NCBI GenBank assembly: GCA_973851085.1
Contig: OZ316775.1
Coordinates: forward strand, 434,001 to 498,000
Length of the DNA: 64,000 nucleotides
DNA from: Ptychomitrium polyphyllum
Taxonomy: Eukaryota
Direction of reading: 5' to 3'
Made by a program: the position numbers and the translations under genes. The notes under the pieces were generated by a model, which did not search any database, was not told the DNA's origin, and worked only from the letters and a program-made list of their open reading frames with translations. Shown here piece by piece: positions 1-14,081 of this stretch (positions are counted from its first letter, which is position 1; every line of letters starts with the position of its first letter).

Positions 1-1058
1 ATAAAGGCATATAGATATTGAATGATCATCTACTAGTTGTATTTTAAAAAACCTAAATTTATAATCCTTCAAGTTACTGATTTTAAAAGAGAAATAATCA
101 TTATACAAGTGCATAAATGCAAGCAATTTTTTATGATTGTGTACAAGTGAGTCCCAGATCTAAATCAATCTTCCATTCCTTAATAATTCAAAATATTATC
201 TTTCTAACATTAAACCCATTTTTTAATGTCAATATTTCTTTTGTTGTTATTTTAATAAATGTGCACCATTGCCTTGTCCAAGACAATAGATGCATTTGTA
301 CTTTTGATCACCTAAAGTACTTTAGCTCCATCATCCATTTTTGCCACACCATCCATTAATTATAATGATGCAATTATATATGGATTATGTTAGGAAATGT
401 CACCATGTCAACAAAGATGAATAGTTGTTATGGATTTAAGGTAAAAGTTATGTCTATGATTATGAATGATTGTGTATTTTATAAAAAAATTAGCATAGTT
501 GCATTAGTAGCAAAATATGAGATTGTGCAAATACCTTAGATTTGGGATTGTATATAATTTCATAGACATATATACAGTCCTATTCTGTTATTGTAGATTT
601 TTATAAATATAGTTCTCTCATTTTTGCATGTATTAAGAAGTGATGGTATTTTATAGTTATATTTAAAATATTAGTTGTCCAAGTAAATGTTGATAGGCTT
701 AAAATTCATAACCAATTTGATTGATTTTTTATTTAAGCTCTCTGCACCAAATTTTTTAATTACTCTAGAAACCAACTTTTGGATTCTTGCTTCTACAAGA
801 AGGTTGATCAATTAACCTCTAAGGATGTAGCAATATATGGTCTATTATTTGTTTCTAACATAAAAAAAAAAAAAATCCATAATTTGCTACTAATTTAAAT
901 TCTTGGTGCTAAATGTCTAATTAGCAAGAAATTTAAAGGTACAAAGAATATGAATAAAAGTAAAAAAAATATTACACCAATAAAATTTATTTTGGTTCTA
1001 TTTTTCTAGCAAAATGCTCATGAATAAAATTCAAGAAGATAACTTGAATGCAAACCGC

Positions 1059-1510
1059 TGTTACGGACATACATATTAGAAGCATCTATAAAGGTTCTTA
1101 GAAGATTTAGGACGGTTCTAAGGAAGTTACCATGGACTTGGAAAGCTTCCAAAGAAATTACTTTCGGGTAAAGAAGCTTCTAAGGAAATTGCCTCGGCTG
1201 AGGAAGCTTGCAAGGAAGTTACTTTGGCCTAGGTAACTTCTAAGGAAGCAACTCAAGGTTGCTTGAATTCAAAGCAATGTAAGCAAAGCTTCTCAAGAAG
1301 TTTTCAAGGCTTATAATTTTAATATATATAAGAGCCGAGGCGGAAGAACTCTTTAGTCTCGACAATGTATCTCTTGTGGTTTAGTTCAGACCTGCTAGCC
1401 TTGTCTTTTGTACTTTCTTGTAGCTCTTTATTTCTAATGTATTTGGACTTATCTTATTCCACATCTTAGAATCCTGAAAGCCTTGTCTTGTGGTTACTTT
1501 GTCTGTAACA
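1059..1510 (+). repeat. 5' LTR of family A element
   Basis: TGTTAC...GTAACA termini, TATATATAA box at ~1323; homologous to 17762-18113 and 20740-21055. Confidence 0.9.
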
Positions 1511-1898
1511 GTTTGTCGAGAATGTCACACAACAATATCAAAGCTTGGTCTTTCTAGATAGAAAGCGGATCACCCTTCTTTCTCGAAAGCACTATAGCAC
1601 TGTAGGGATTGCAGATTATCTTCCTCTGGACTAATATTTCCTCTTGAATTGTCTTTGGTTTCTTGCATAGTTAGCAGTTTTTATCTATTCCCACTTCATT
1701 TTTATGCCAAGGGGTGAAAAAGTCAATATGATTGATTAAAAAGAAACAAAGTTAGATTCCATTATCAATGCCTTTAAAGCATTGAGTATCAAGACCAAGG
1801 CTTTATTCAAGCAAAACAAAGAACTATATATGACCATATACAATGATTAAAGAGCAGAAGCATCGTAGTTGCTATCCTAAGTCAACTTAGGTGCTTCA

Positions 1899-4324
1899 TT
1901 GTCTAACCCTAATTTGATAGATGACGGACAAGTTCAATTTAAGAATTCAATGCCAACAACCAAAGAACCAAGAATCAGCCTTCCGGAGAAGTTTGATGGT
2001 ACGTGTTCAAAATTTCAAGGCTTTGTAAACCAAGTTCAACTTGTTATCTTGCTTCAACCTCAACAATATCCTACAGACGCTTTGCGTGTTGGTTTATTAA
2101 GAACGTTCCTATTAGAATAAACATTGTTCTAGTTTGCACCACTTTTTGAGAAGTATTCTTCCATATTTTGCAACTTTGATGCGTTCCTAGCTGCATTTGT
2201 AGAAGCATTTGGTGACCATAACAAGCTTCGTTTTGCAACTGCTAAGATTCGTGGCTTGAGCCAAGAACCACGTTCTATATCAATTTATGCATTGAAATTT
2301 CAACAACTTGCATGCGACATGAATTAAGGAAAAGAAGCGTTGATGAGTCAATTTCATTGGGGCATATGCAACGAGGTTAAAGAGTTATTGCTATCCATGC
2401 CTGACCTCCAAACACTTGATGAGGCCATCAGCCAAGCTTTAAAGTGCAATAATTGTCTATTTCAACGTCGACAAGATAAACAAACTTTCATTATGCCTCG
2501 GCCATATACCAACTTTTTAATAGCTGCATCTCTGTCTATTTCTTATAAGTATTTGGAAGCGGAAGCCATGCAGATTGATGCGGTTCACTTCAAATTCTTT
2601 ACCGAACATGAGAAGAAGCGGCAAAGGGAGCAAAGGTTGTCTTTGTACTGTGGAAAATCTAACCACAAATTTGATAATTGCTTAGAGAAACCTCTATATA
2701 CATATTGGATGAGAGGTACAATTACAATGCCAAATATTTTGCAAAAAAACAAGAACGTCTAGCCACAATAGGGATTATGCGGCTAAATCCGCTTTTTTTG
2801 CAAGAAAACAAAAGTCTTGTTCTATCAGCCCATCCATCTTCTTGTTTTACTATACCTGTTTGTTTAGGTGTTCAGAAGCTCAAAAGCTTTGCTCTAATAA
2901 ATTCAAGAGCCTTTGCTTGCTTTTTTGACAAAGAATTTATGAAAATCTATAAGTTTCTTTCTATTAGAAAATCCAAACCCGTCCATGTAGACGTCATAGA
3001 TGGTTGACCGTTATCTTCCGGAGATATTATACATGAGACCAATCCAATAACAATAACATTGGACAATTCTAGTAGCCAAGTGATATTTAATGTCATTAGG
3101 TCTCCATCAAGTTCCATCATTTTAGGGCTTGTTTGGCTTAAAAAATACAACCAGTAGATAGATTGGGCATCTCGCAAAATAGAATTTCCATTATTAGAAT
3201 CTACAACTACTAAGCCTACCAAGGAAGCTGAAGCATCTTATAGATCTAAAATCATAAAGCCTCTCTTCATTGGAGCTGGAGCATTTATGAGAACAACAAA
3301 GACTAATGCTCTTTTCTTGTGTATGCAATTTCAACGTCCGAAATTGTGGCTTCATCCTTGATAATTCCAGAAAAATACAAGAAGTTCAACGATGTATTTG
3401 AAAAGAAAAATGCAGACATCCTACCAGAACACCTTCCTTACAATTGTGCTATAGACCTCCAAAATGACGCCAAGCCACCATTTGAATCTATTTATAATAT
3501 ATCCCAAAACAAGCTTATATTAGTGAGGAAGTATATTGATGAAAACTTAATCAAGAACTTTATTCAATATTTAAAGTCTCATGTTGGTGCTCTCATACTT
3601 TTTATAAAGAAGAAAGTTGAAACTTTAAAAATGTCTGTCAATTACTACGGCTTCAAGAAGATGATGGTGTGGAAAATTGATATCCATTGTCGCTCATATT
3701 TGGAATTTGAAATCAACTTGATCAAGCAAATATCTATACCAAAATAGACCTGCAAGAATCTATAATTTAATGCACATAAACTAAGGAGACAAATGGAAGA
3801 TAACTTTTCAAACAAGGTATGGACATTTTGATTATGATGTCATGTCTTTTGAACTCACCAACGTTCTTGACATTTTTTAGCACTTGATGAATGACATATT
3901 TTGGGAGTGCCACAATGGTTTTGTTGTATGTTTTTTGAATGATATCTTGATCTATTCAAAGAATCTAGAGGAATATGAATAACATACTCTTATAAAAGGT
4001 ACAAAATGTCGGTTTGTATGCCAAAATGGAGGAATGTATTTTCCACAAACTTCAAGTAGAATTCCTTGGATATATCATCTCTAATAAAGGACTATTGATG
4101 GATCCAAAGAAGGTCAAAACAAATAGCAATTGGACAAGGCCAAAATCAATACATGATGTCTAATGTTTTTTCGGATTTGCAAATTTCTATAGGATCTTCA
4201 TAAAGACTATTCTCAAACAATTACACCACTCTTGCAGCTAACATACAAGGAAAAACTTGAGTGGAGATCCAATGTTGAAGATGCATTCCAAAATTTGAAA
4301 CAAGCTTTTACTACAGCTCCTATC
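1899..4324 (+). pseudogene. Family A gag, protease and reverse transcriptase remnants
   Basis: EPRISLPEKFDG gag motif, MQIDAV plus decayed zinc knuckle (LYCGKSNHKFDNC), protease-like ALINSRAFACFFD, RT N-terminus ADILPEHLPYNCAIDL; multiple stops and frameshifts. Confidence 0.9.
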
Positions 4325-4981
4325 TGTTACAGACACAAGAAACAAGAAGCAGAAACGAAGTGTTTCCCAAGAACTAGCTTCCAAAGAGCTAATGATTAAC
4401 AAGAACTTGATACAAAGATTAGAACAAGGCAGGATTCAAGATGATCCACAATTTGTGTTGGCAAAACTAAGGAACACCTTGTCTTGCCTCCTATTTATAC
4501 TATAACACTTGTATCTCCTAGGATACTTCTTAAAAAGCTTCCTACAAGGCGTACGAATGTTCTGGAAGTCTAGGGAACCTTCCCAAGAAGTTTCCTAAGA
4601 TATTGGAACCTTCCTAAGAGTCTTCCAAGGAGTTGGAACCTTCCTTGGAAGTTTCCAAAGGTAGCGGAATCTTCTTAGGAAGTTTCCTAAAAGAATAGAA
4701 CCTTCTTAGGAAATTACCTAAGATGATGGAACCTTCCTAGGAAGTTACCTAAGATAATAGAACCTTCCTAGGAAATTTGCTAAGGTGGAGGAACTTTCCT
4801 AGGAAGCTTCCTAAAAACATGGAAAGATTATGGAGACATCTAAAAGTATTATAAGAAGCTATTATAGCATACTAGAAGGTTTTAAAATGTTCTGAAGACT
4901 ATGTTGCATGATCTATGTCCGTGACATCACTTCCCCATTTAGCAACGAGTCCCATGAGGAGCTTTTTTCTTGGCTTGCTTA

Positions 4982-5581
4982 TCACATTTCTACAAATTCC
5001 AAAATTTGTCGAAGCAGTGAAGCAATATACTCAACTCGTTGTTCATTGTTCATTGGTTCAACTAGTCCTTGCAAGAAGCACCAATGGCCACCGGCAAAGA
5101 CTTGTGTTATTGAAATGTTCCATCCCAAGATCTGATCTTGATTATGTCCTTCGAAACAATTTCCAAACAAGATTTTGGATCCTCCAAGAGTGACTCTTCC
5201 AATTTCTAACAAGATGACTAGAGCGCAAGCATCTGAATCAAGACTGGAATGTGAAGGGCAACTAGTCAATACTTCTGCACGAGGTCGTACTCGACGTTGG
5301 GATGTTTCTTCCATATCTTGATTTAGATCCTCCGTTACCGAGGGCTGAGAAAGTTAAGTTGGCTCAACAGATGCTGTTGTTGATGAAGGCATGGCCGACT
5401 GTTCTTCACGCATATCCATGATAATACAAAGATTTGACATACTAGCTAGGATCTAGAAATGATCTATCTTGGAAATAATACTGCATACAATTGGAGGTTT
5501 GGATATCTCTCCTCCCTTCTCATACTTGTTTATGAAGGAAAAACTTCTCTGTGAAGCTAACGACTGCTGATGATACATCAT
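4982..5581 (-). pseudogene. Putative third ORF (unknown protein) of family B, copy 1
   Basis: Inverted duplicate of 46259-46858; 200-codon frame with two internal stops; C-terminal ~75 aa similar to the family A 3' ORF. Confidence 0.6.
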
Positions 5582-8500
5582 TACTGACATGATTTCTGAG
5601 GATATCTTTGATGAAATTTGCGTACCTTCTCAGATGCATTTGTTACATTCGTTAAAGGTTCCCATGTTCGGTCATTGATGCCATATCCTTGCCAATGTAT
5701 AAGGTACTCCACACGTCCGTTCTTGATGCGTGAATCTAAGATCTCTTCCACTTCATATTCAATTTCATTATTGATTTCCAACGAAGGAGGCGGAGGGACA
5801 ATTCTCTCTGGTATACATGATTTGTTATAGCTTTCCAACAACAATATGTGGAATACTGGATGAATTTGCATGCTTGGTGGTAGCTTTAGGCGATAACTAA
5901 CCGGATTTATTTGTTTGCTCATTTCAAACGGTCCCAGCCTTTGATAGTCCAACTTCTTTGATGGTCTTTTTGTCTGTATATTTTGTCGTAGGAGCCATAC
6001 GCTATCTCCAACCTTGAACTTTGGATGGTCCTTTTGATGGCGATCTGCATTAGTTTTGTAACAATCTTGAGCTTGTTGTAATTGGAAGGTAATTTCTTGA
6101 TGGATTTTAGCAAGTTGAATTGCAAAATCCTTTGCTGCAGGGCTTCCAACATGCTTCACTTGAAATGGATCTGTTCGAGGATGATGCCCATAGTTTGCAA
6201 AGAATGGACTTTGAGTTGTTGAAAAATGCACCATATTGTTGTAAGCAAATTCTGCCAAAAGCAAGAGATCCATCCAGTTGTCTTGCTGGTAGTTTATACT
6301 ACAACGAAGGTACTGCTCCAAAATTTGATTTACACGTTCGATTTGGCCATCAGTTTGTGGATGGTGTGCTGAAGAAAGATTGGTCTTTACTTGCAACAGC
6401 TGGAATAGAGCCCTCCAAAAGTTGGAACTAAACTGCGGCCCTCGATCGGATACAATATCATCTGGTAGTCCATATATGCAATAGACGTGATTTAGGAACA
6501 ACTTGGCAGTTTCTTCTCCCGTTGCCGTCTTGTTGCATGGAATGAAATGTGCCATTTTGGTAAATCGATCTACCACTACCAAAATAAAATCCTTAGATTC
6601 GGAATTTGGAAGGTCCGTGATAAAATCCATTGATAAAGACAGCCATGGGCCCTTTGGCACTGGAAGCGGATGGAGGAGACCATGAGGTTGGTGCCTTGGT
6701 ACCTTGGCTCTTGCACAAGTGTCGCATGATCGAATAAAGTCCTTCACGTACTTCCACATTTGTGGCCACCAATAGTCTCTAGCAATCAATTCCATTGTTT
6801 CATTGAATCCAAAATGTCTTGCTGTTGGAAAATCATGAAGTGCTTGAAGGATCTTCAATCGCAAAGGGCCTGGAGGTAGGTACAAAAGTCCTTTATAATA
6901 AAGTAGGCTCTCTTGGAATTCAAAATCCTCATTGTTATTTGAAAGATTTTCATTGTTTTTGAGGCGCTTTTTTATATTTGAAACAAAGACGTCATTCTTT
7001 AAAGCCTTCCGAATTTTGTCAAAATGGGATGTTGTTGTAATAATGGCTGCTTTCAATTGAAGATTCTCAGGCTTCAATAAAATAGTCCTTTGTTGATTCA
7101 AAACATCATCTCTAGATTGAGGAGTTAAATAAGATCTTTGAGATAAGGCATCTGGCTTACTTTGCAAGCTACCAGATCGATAGGTAATGACAAAGTCAAA
7201 TTTGGAAAGCGACATATTCCACCTTGCTTGACGGCGATTCAAAACGCGTGCACTCATGAAATACTCCAAGTTCTTGTGGTCTGTGTATATCGTGATGGTA
7301 TGTTGAGCTCCTTTCAATAACTGTCGCCATTCTTCAAACGCATCCACAATTGTAAGTAGTTCTTTATCATGTATATCATAGTTGATCTCTGCCGCTGAGA
7401 ACTTCCTTGAACGAAAGACAAGAGGGCGAAGTCTCTCGTCTTCATCATATTGTGAGAGTACTGAGCCAAGCGCAAAATCTGAGGCATCTGCTTCCAAATA
7501 AAAAGGCTTTGATGGATTTGGATGAATAAGAATTGGAGCCGATGTGAATGACTTCTTAAGACTTTGAAATGCTTTTTCCGCTTCTTCATCCCAAAATGAA
7601 TTCTTGCTTCCTCGTAAGACGTGTTAATGGTGCCGCAATTTTGGAATAATTCTTGATGAATATTCTGTAGAAGTTTGCAAATCCTTAGAAGCATTGAATA
7701 TCTTGAATTGATCTTGGCGTACTCCACTCCATGACAATGCTTATTTTTTCCTTATCCATATGGATTCCTCCTTTGGAAATGATGTAGCCTAAAAATTCAA
7801 CCGATGATTCATGGAAAAGGCACTTCTCCAATTTGGCATATAATCCTCGCTGGCGTAGTTTTTCTAAAACCAGTCGCACATGACATTTGTGATTTTGTTC
7901 ATCTTTTGAATATATCAAAATATCATTTAAGTAGGTGACTGTAAAATTGTCCAAATGTTCACGGAAGATATCATTCATCATTTGTTGAAAGATTGCGGGA
8001 GCATTAGTAAGGCCAAAAGGCATGACATTGTATTTAAAATGACCATACCTAGATCAAAAAGCTGTCTTCCATTCATCTCCTTCTTTGATGCGTACAAGAT
8101 TGTAGGCTCCTCTAAGATCGATTTTGGTGAATATCTTTGCTTGGCCAAGTTGTTGTAGGAATCATGAGATTAATGGTAATGGATAGCGATTCTTTTTTGT
8201 TACTTTATTGAGGCCTCAATAATCCACGCACATACGTAATAATCCATCTTTCTTCTTTACAAACAGAATGGGTGCTCGAGCAGGTGATTTAGAGTGTTGA
8301 ATGAAACCCTTTCCAAGGTTTTCATCAATATATTCTCTCAAGGCTGCCAACTCAGTTTGTGATAAGTTATAAATAGGTCCAAAAGGTGGTTGGGCTCCTT
8401 CTTGCAACTCAATGGTACAATTGTAAGGTCGGTGCTTTGGTAACACGTCCGCATTCTTCTTTTAAAAAACATCTTTATAATCTTGATATTGACAAGGTAT

Positions 8501-9088
8501 GTTTTGATTAGTCTCTATTGTAGAGCTAGACATTGGCGTGGCATAAATGGCATAGACTAGTTCATCCTTTGCCGCTCTCATAAATGCTTTAGCTTTAATA
8601 AATGATGGTCTAAGATTTCTTGTACCTTGGCGTCTTTTCCTCGAGACCACGTTCGGTGAGCGCCAGTCAATGTCTGGATTATATAATTCAAACCAAGGAA
8701 GGTCCAAAACAATAGGATTCGTTTGGTATTGAATGATGTTGAAGACAATTTTAGATGCCTGGTCTCTTAAAACAACCTCCAATGGTTGAATTTCTTCAAT
8801 AACGTTGCCAGACGCAAGAGATCGTCCATCAATAACTTCAACAGGTGCGGGGTATTTTTTCTTCACAAGCACTATGTGATGTTTGGTTGCAAAATCCTTG
8901 TCCATAAAACATGCCGTTGCACCAGTGTCTAAGAGAGCCTCACTAATTATTTCATCATCTAATAATTTAATTTTGGTAGAAAATGTAAAACAAGAGGCAG
9001 GGTTTGAAGGTAGTAAGAGATCTTGATTTGATGGTGGTTTCCTTGTGGTGTCCAGTCGCATGGTTCCTACTGTGACTGGACAGCCTCG
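5581..9088 (-). pseudogene. Family B pol (protease, RT, RNase H, integrase, chromodomain), copy 1
   Basis: LLDTGA protease; RT with YLND in place of YLDD and internal stops; intact 638-aa stretch with EADASD RNase H, HHCC zinc finger, DDE core and chromodomain YEVEEILDSR...YLIHWQGY...TWEP. Confidence 0.95.
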
Positions 9089-10086
9089 TTTTCCAACTCC
9101 ACCATTGTGCTTTGAGCTTTAAAGGCAGATCCTTTGATTTGGCAATCGTGCATTTTATGTCCAGACTTGCCACAATACAAACATAGGTTTTCTCTTCGAC
9201 GCCTTTCTTTTTCTTCTGAAGTTAAACATTTGAACTGGGCAGCATCAATTTGCATAGGTTCTGGTCCTTGTGGTCGATTTTCCAATACTCTTGAAGAAGT
9301 GGTAGCCATGCTTTGATGTACTGGTCGCCATCCCAAGCGTTGTTCTTGGCGCCTCTCAAATAGTCTATTGTCACATGCTATTGCTTGAGTGATGAATTCA
9401 TCCAATGTTTCAACTCTTGGCATTGTGAGTAGCAAGTCTTTTACATTCTCTCTTAAGTCTCATCAAAATTGTGTGACCAAGGCTTTATCATTCCAATCAA
9501 GGTCGCAAGCTAATTGTCAAAACTCTGCAGCATATGTAGCAGCTGAGTGCTGTCCTTGTTGGAGACTCTGGATCCTTATTTCAACCACCCTTTCTCGGTC
9601 GGTGTCTCCAAAAGTAGATGTCAATGCTTCTATGAAAGCAGCTAAGTTGTTCAATAATGATGACTGCTTCTCTATTAGGGATACAAACCACGATAGTGCA
9701 TTGTTTGATAAAAGAGTGGCCACAAATGCCACTTGAATTGTGCCATCAGGATAACAAGATTGATGCAAACTAAGGAAGAGTCTTACTTGTTGAACAAAGC
9801 CTCTCAATTTTGATCTTGATCCATCGAACTTGTCTGGCATGCTAATGTTTGGCTCTGCATGGGTTCGATGTAAGCCTTCCCTTCCAATATTGGCCTCTCG
9901 CAATCGAACAACCTCTTGATATAGGTTTTGAATATCACCATTGGATTCTTCAGCTTGCCGAGTATGTTGCTCCAAATTGTTGGTGGTATTAAAATGGACG
10001 AGTTCCGTTCGAACTGTGTTTAATAACTCTTGAAGGTCTGCAATAGTTGCAAACCTATTCTCTGATGTTTCAGGCACGTTATCCAT
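9067..10086 (-). pseudogene. Family B gag, copy 1
   Basis: MDNVPETSE start, PDKFDGSRSKLRGF motif, CLYCGKSGHKMHDC zinc knuckle; in-frame TGA stops. Confidence 0.93.
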
Positions 10087-11214
10087 TTTTAAGACTCTCA
10101 AAGACAGAAAGACTATGAATATCTTCAAAGGAGAAAAATCCACGTCCTTTGAAAGAAGTAATACTTAGTTATAGAAGGAGAAACCAACTCTATGGTGCCA
10201 GCTTAGAGGAGGGTAATCCGTAACCTCTAAGACGCTATGGAATCCTCAAGAAGATGGGTAATCTACAATCTTCTTCAAAGAACCTTAGGTCTGACAAAGA
10301 TGAAGAGTAGTCTTGCCAAACTGTTAGGGACATAAGAAACAAGAAGCAAAAACGAAGTGTTTCCCAAGAACTAGCTTCGAAAGAGCTAATGATTAACAAG
10401 AACTTGATACAAAGATTAGAACAAGGCAGGATTCAAGATAATCCACAACTTGTGTTGGCAAGACTAAGGAATACCTTGTCTTGCCTCCTATTTATACTAT
10501 GACGCTTGTATCTCCTAGGATACTTCTAAAGAAGCTTCCTACAAGGCCTAAGAATGTTCTGGAAGTCTAGGGAACCTTCCCATGAAGTTTCCTAAGATAT
10601 TGAAACCTTCCTAAGAGTCTTCCAAGGAGTTGGAACCTTCCTTGGAAGTTTCCTAAGGTAGTGGAGCCTTCTTAGGAAGTTTCCTAAAGGAGTTGAACCT
10701 TCTCAGGAAGTTTCCTAAGATGATGGATCCTTCTCAGGAAGTTTCCTAAGATGGAGGAACTTTCCTAGGAAGCTTCCAAAAAATATGGAATGGTTATGGA
10801 GATTTATAAAAGTATTATAAGAAGCTATTATAGTATACTAGAGGGTTTTAGAATGTTTTAAGGACTATGTTGCATGATCTATGTCCGTGACTCTATCCTG
10901 GTCTTTCCAAATTTTTCAAAGTAATTTTATTTTGAGATAGATGCTTCCAACTTTGCACTAGAAATAGCTTTGTTACAATTGGGAGGAGAATGGAGATTCC
11001 ATCCGCATACATTCCATTCCAAAAAGTTTTCAGCTGTAGAAATCAACTACGAGATCCACGACAAGGTACTCTTTGCAATTGTGGATTCTTTCCAAGAATG
11101 GCGTCACTTGCTCGAGGGTGCCGCACATCCAGTGATTGTTATTATAGATTACAAGTACTTGGAATATTTCATATCAGCCCGTATTTTGAATCGCCGCCAA
11201 GCTCGTTGGAGTAT

Positions 11215-12765
11215 TGTAAGCTATAGAATTAGCTCATTATAGATTTTTTCTTAAGAAAACGACAAAATTTAACATTGTAGAAGAGATTAAGTCCAATTAG
11301 GATAAAAGAAGTTGAATTATAGTTGTTATTAAGGGAAGTAAAGGGCAAGTAGGTAGATGCTCATGGTCCATGGCACTTAAAGCCAATGCAAGAATGGAAT
11401 TATAGAAGAAAAGATGAATTGTACAACTTGGATACAACTGCTGTTGATTTTAAAATTCTAGCTAAATTTAGAATGATAGTAAAAATCTAAAACTGCTGCT
11501 GATTCTAGAATTTTAGCAAATTTTAAAATAATAGTGAAAATCTAGAACTGCTATTGATTTTAGAAAAATAGCTAAATTTAGAGTAGCAGCTACATTTAGG
11601 AAAAAGTCAAAATATAAATTAGGGTCAAAGTGGCCTAGAGATTTTAGCAACCAATGAGAATGGAGTAGAGAAGTGAGGTTCCCTATAAAAGGGGAGAGAA
11701 AGCAAGCAAAGAGATATTTAGGTTTTTTTTAGCAAACAAGAATTAGTTTGGAGCACACCACTTAGTCTTTTTGAGCAAAAATTAATTAAATTTAGGGTTA
11801 GGTTTTGGAATAGTTAGATCATTAGTTTTACCCAAGTAGTTTTGAGGAAAGAAGAAGTAGGTATTTTAAATAAAACTTTTAAAGTGTAAAAGAATTTAGG
11901 TATCCAGTTGTTAAAGTTGGTTTTAAGGGATCAAACTTTTAGCAATATAGGAAGGCGGCTAGGAGAAAGGAAGTTTGACTATAAATAGTAGAAAAGAATT
12001 AGGCAAAAAAAAATATTGACTTTGAACAGCCATAGCTAATTGTAGAATTGAGTATTGAAGTGCTTTAAAATAAGCTTTCCAACAAGTTAAAAGAGGCACA
12101 ATTCCAAGATTTGACGAGGCAGTGTAGCGAAATCAACCACCAAGGAGTCTACAGCCTAGGGCTAAGACAAACCAAATCCAATCAAAACTTTGGTGAGACA
12201 TAACTTTGTTGTCACTTATTCAAATATTATAATTCTTATTGGAAGTAGAGGGTTTTGAAGTAAGTTTTCCAACAAGCTATAGGAGGCAGAATTCCAAAAA
12301 TTGACAGGATAATGACAAGCAATTGAGCGCCAAAGAGCTTATAGCCCTATGCGGAACTTGGAGGCGTAGAAGTTAGAGCTAGTATTTTGTCTTTTTTATA
12401 TTGTTGATGTTAGGTCTTTGGCTGGTATGCTATCTTTTGAATTGTTGTAGATTCTTGGCCATTTTGCAGCCCAAGGCCTTGAATTTAGGATTGATATTAA
12501 TGTTGATTAGAGTTAAAATTACAATGACAAGGTAAATTTCTCCTAATTATATTTTTGGACTTAATCACTTTCCATTTAGCTTTTTATTTAGCCACATGCC
12601 CTTTCAATTATTTAACCCTTGTAAATTGGAAGGTGACTATTTACAAAGAAAGATAAATTTCTAGCTCATGAATATACCTAGACAAATCAATCTAAACTAC
12701 AACGCAATTATGACTATATAGGCAATTAGTCCTTTTAATTAGTGGGAAGATTTATTTGGCTTACA
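11215..12765. mobile_element. Probable solo LTR (1.55 kb, unrelated family) inserted in family A RNase H
   Basis: TGTAAGC...GCTTACA inverted termini, perfect 5-bp TSD AGTAT; host reading frame is restored on removal; no coding capacity seen. Confidence 0.85.
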
Positions 12766-14081
12766 AGTATATCTCTATCTTGATTTGATTTTTGCATCAC
12801 ATATCAACCCGGAAAACAACAAGGATTATTAGATGCATTGTCAAGGCGATCATACCTTGCGCCAAAGAAGGGAGAGGCAGCACACGATCAACAACGAGTA
12901 ACTTTGTTGATACCCGAACGGTTTTATATACGCACAACTACCATTTCAACTCCAATGGATTTATTATTCTTTGACCAAGTGCGTGTGGCATCTACCAAGG
13001 ACCTTGTTATTTTTGATATCAAACGTTGATCCAACAACCTTCCTGAAGATGTGTCTAAGTTCAAATTAGAAGGCAACCTTCTCTACTTTGAAGAACATCT
13101 ATATATTCCTAAAGGACCAGTTTGCCTTCATGTACTTCAAACACATCATGACTTTCCTACGGCTGAATATTTTGGATTCAACAAAACCTTGGAATTCCTC
13201 TCTCTCGACTTTTTGTGGCTTCAAACATGATAGGCCGTTAAGGAATTTATACTCTTGTGTGATACTTGTTCTAAGTCAAAAAACCCTCAACACCGTCCAT
13301 ATGGACTTTTGCAACCACTGCCTATTCAAAAGCAATCGTAATTGTCTGTTTTAATGGATTTCGATACAGATCTTCCACCATCAAATTCTTTTTATACCAT
13401 CTTCATTGTGGTAGACGGATTGACCAAGATGGCACATTTTGTACTTTGCAAGAAGACAATTGCGGATGAAGAAATTGCCACACTCTTCATGGATAATGTC
13501 TATCGCTACCATAGATTACTCGTCAATATTATATTGGATTGTGGACCACAGTTTGTATCAAGATTTTGGAAGTTATTCTTTGAAATCCTTGAGGTGGACA
13601 TAAATTATTTTTTTCCTTCCATCCTCAAACCGATAGTCAAATAGAGTGAATCAACCAGATCTAAGAACAATATTTGAGGTATACCATCAACTATCAATAA
13701 GATGATTGACATTCCTACTTGACATTAGCTGAATTTGTCTACAACAATTCTTCTAATGCTTCCACTCAACAAACGCCATTCTGTTCCAACTATAGATATC
13801 ATCCAAAGATGAATATGTTGCAGCGTCCATAATCTGAGAATCCAGCAATAGAAGAATTTACGACAAGAATGGCAAGGCTTCAAACAACCATGAAGACTCA
13901 ACCAGAAGAAGCTTGAAAATGATACTAAATGGCAGCAGATGCAACAAGAAAGGAACAACCTCCATTCCAAGTTGGTGAAGAGGTGTGGCTCTTTTGACGC
14001 AATATAAGGACCAATTGGTCATGTGACAAGCTGAACTATTGCAGATTGGGACCATTTGCAATCAAAAAACAAGTCAACAAT

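Larger units (their letters stand above)
4325..10892 (-). mobile_element. Full-length but inactivated Ty3/gypsy chromovirus (family B), copy 1, nested in family A pol
   Basis: LTRs at 10322-10892 (5') and 4325-4926 (3'), PPT AAATGGGGAAGTGA, perfect 5-bp TSD CTATC (4320-4324 and 10893-10897). Domain order gag-PR-RT-RH-INT-chromodomain. Confidence 0.96.
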
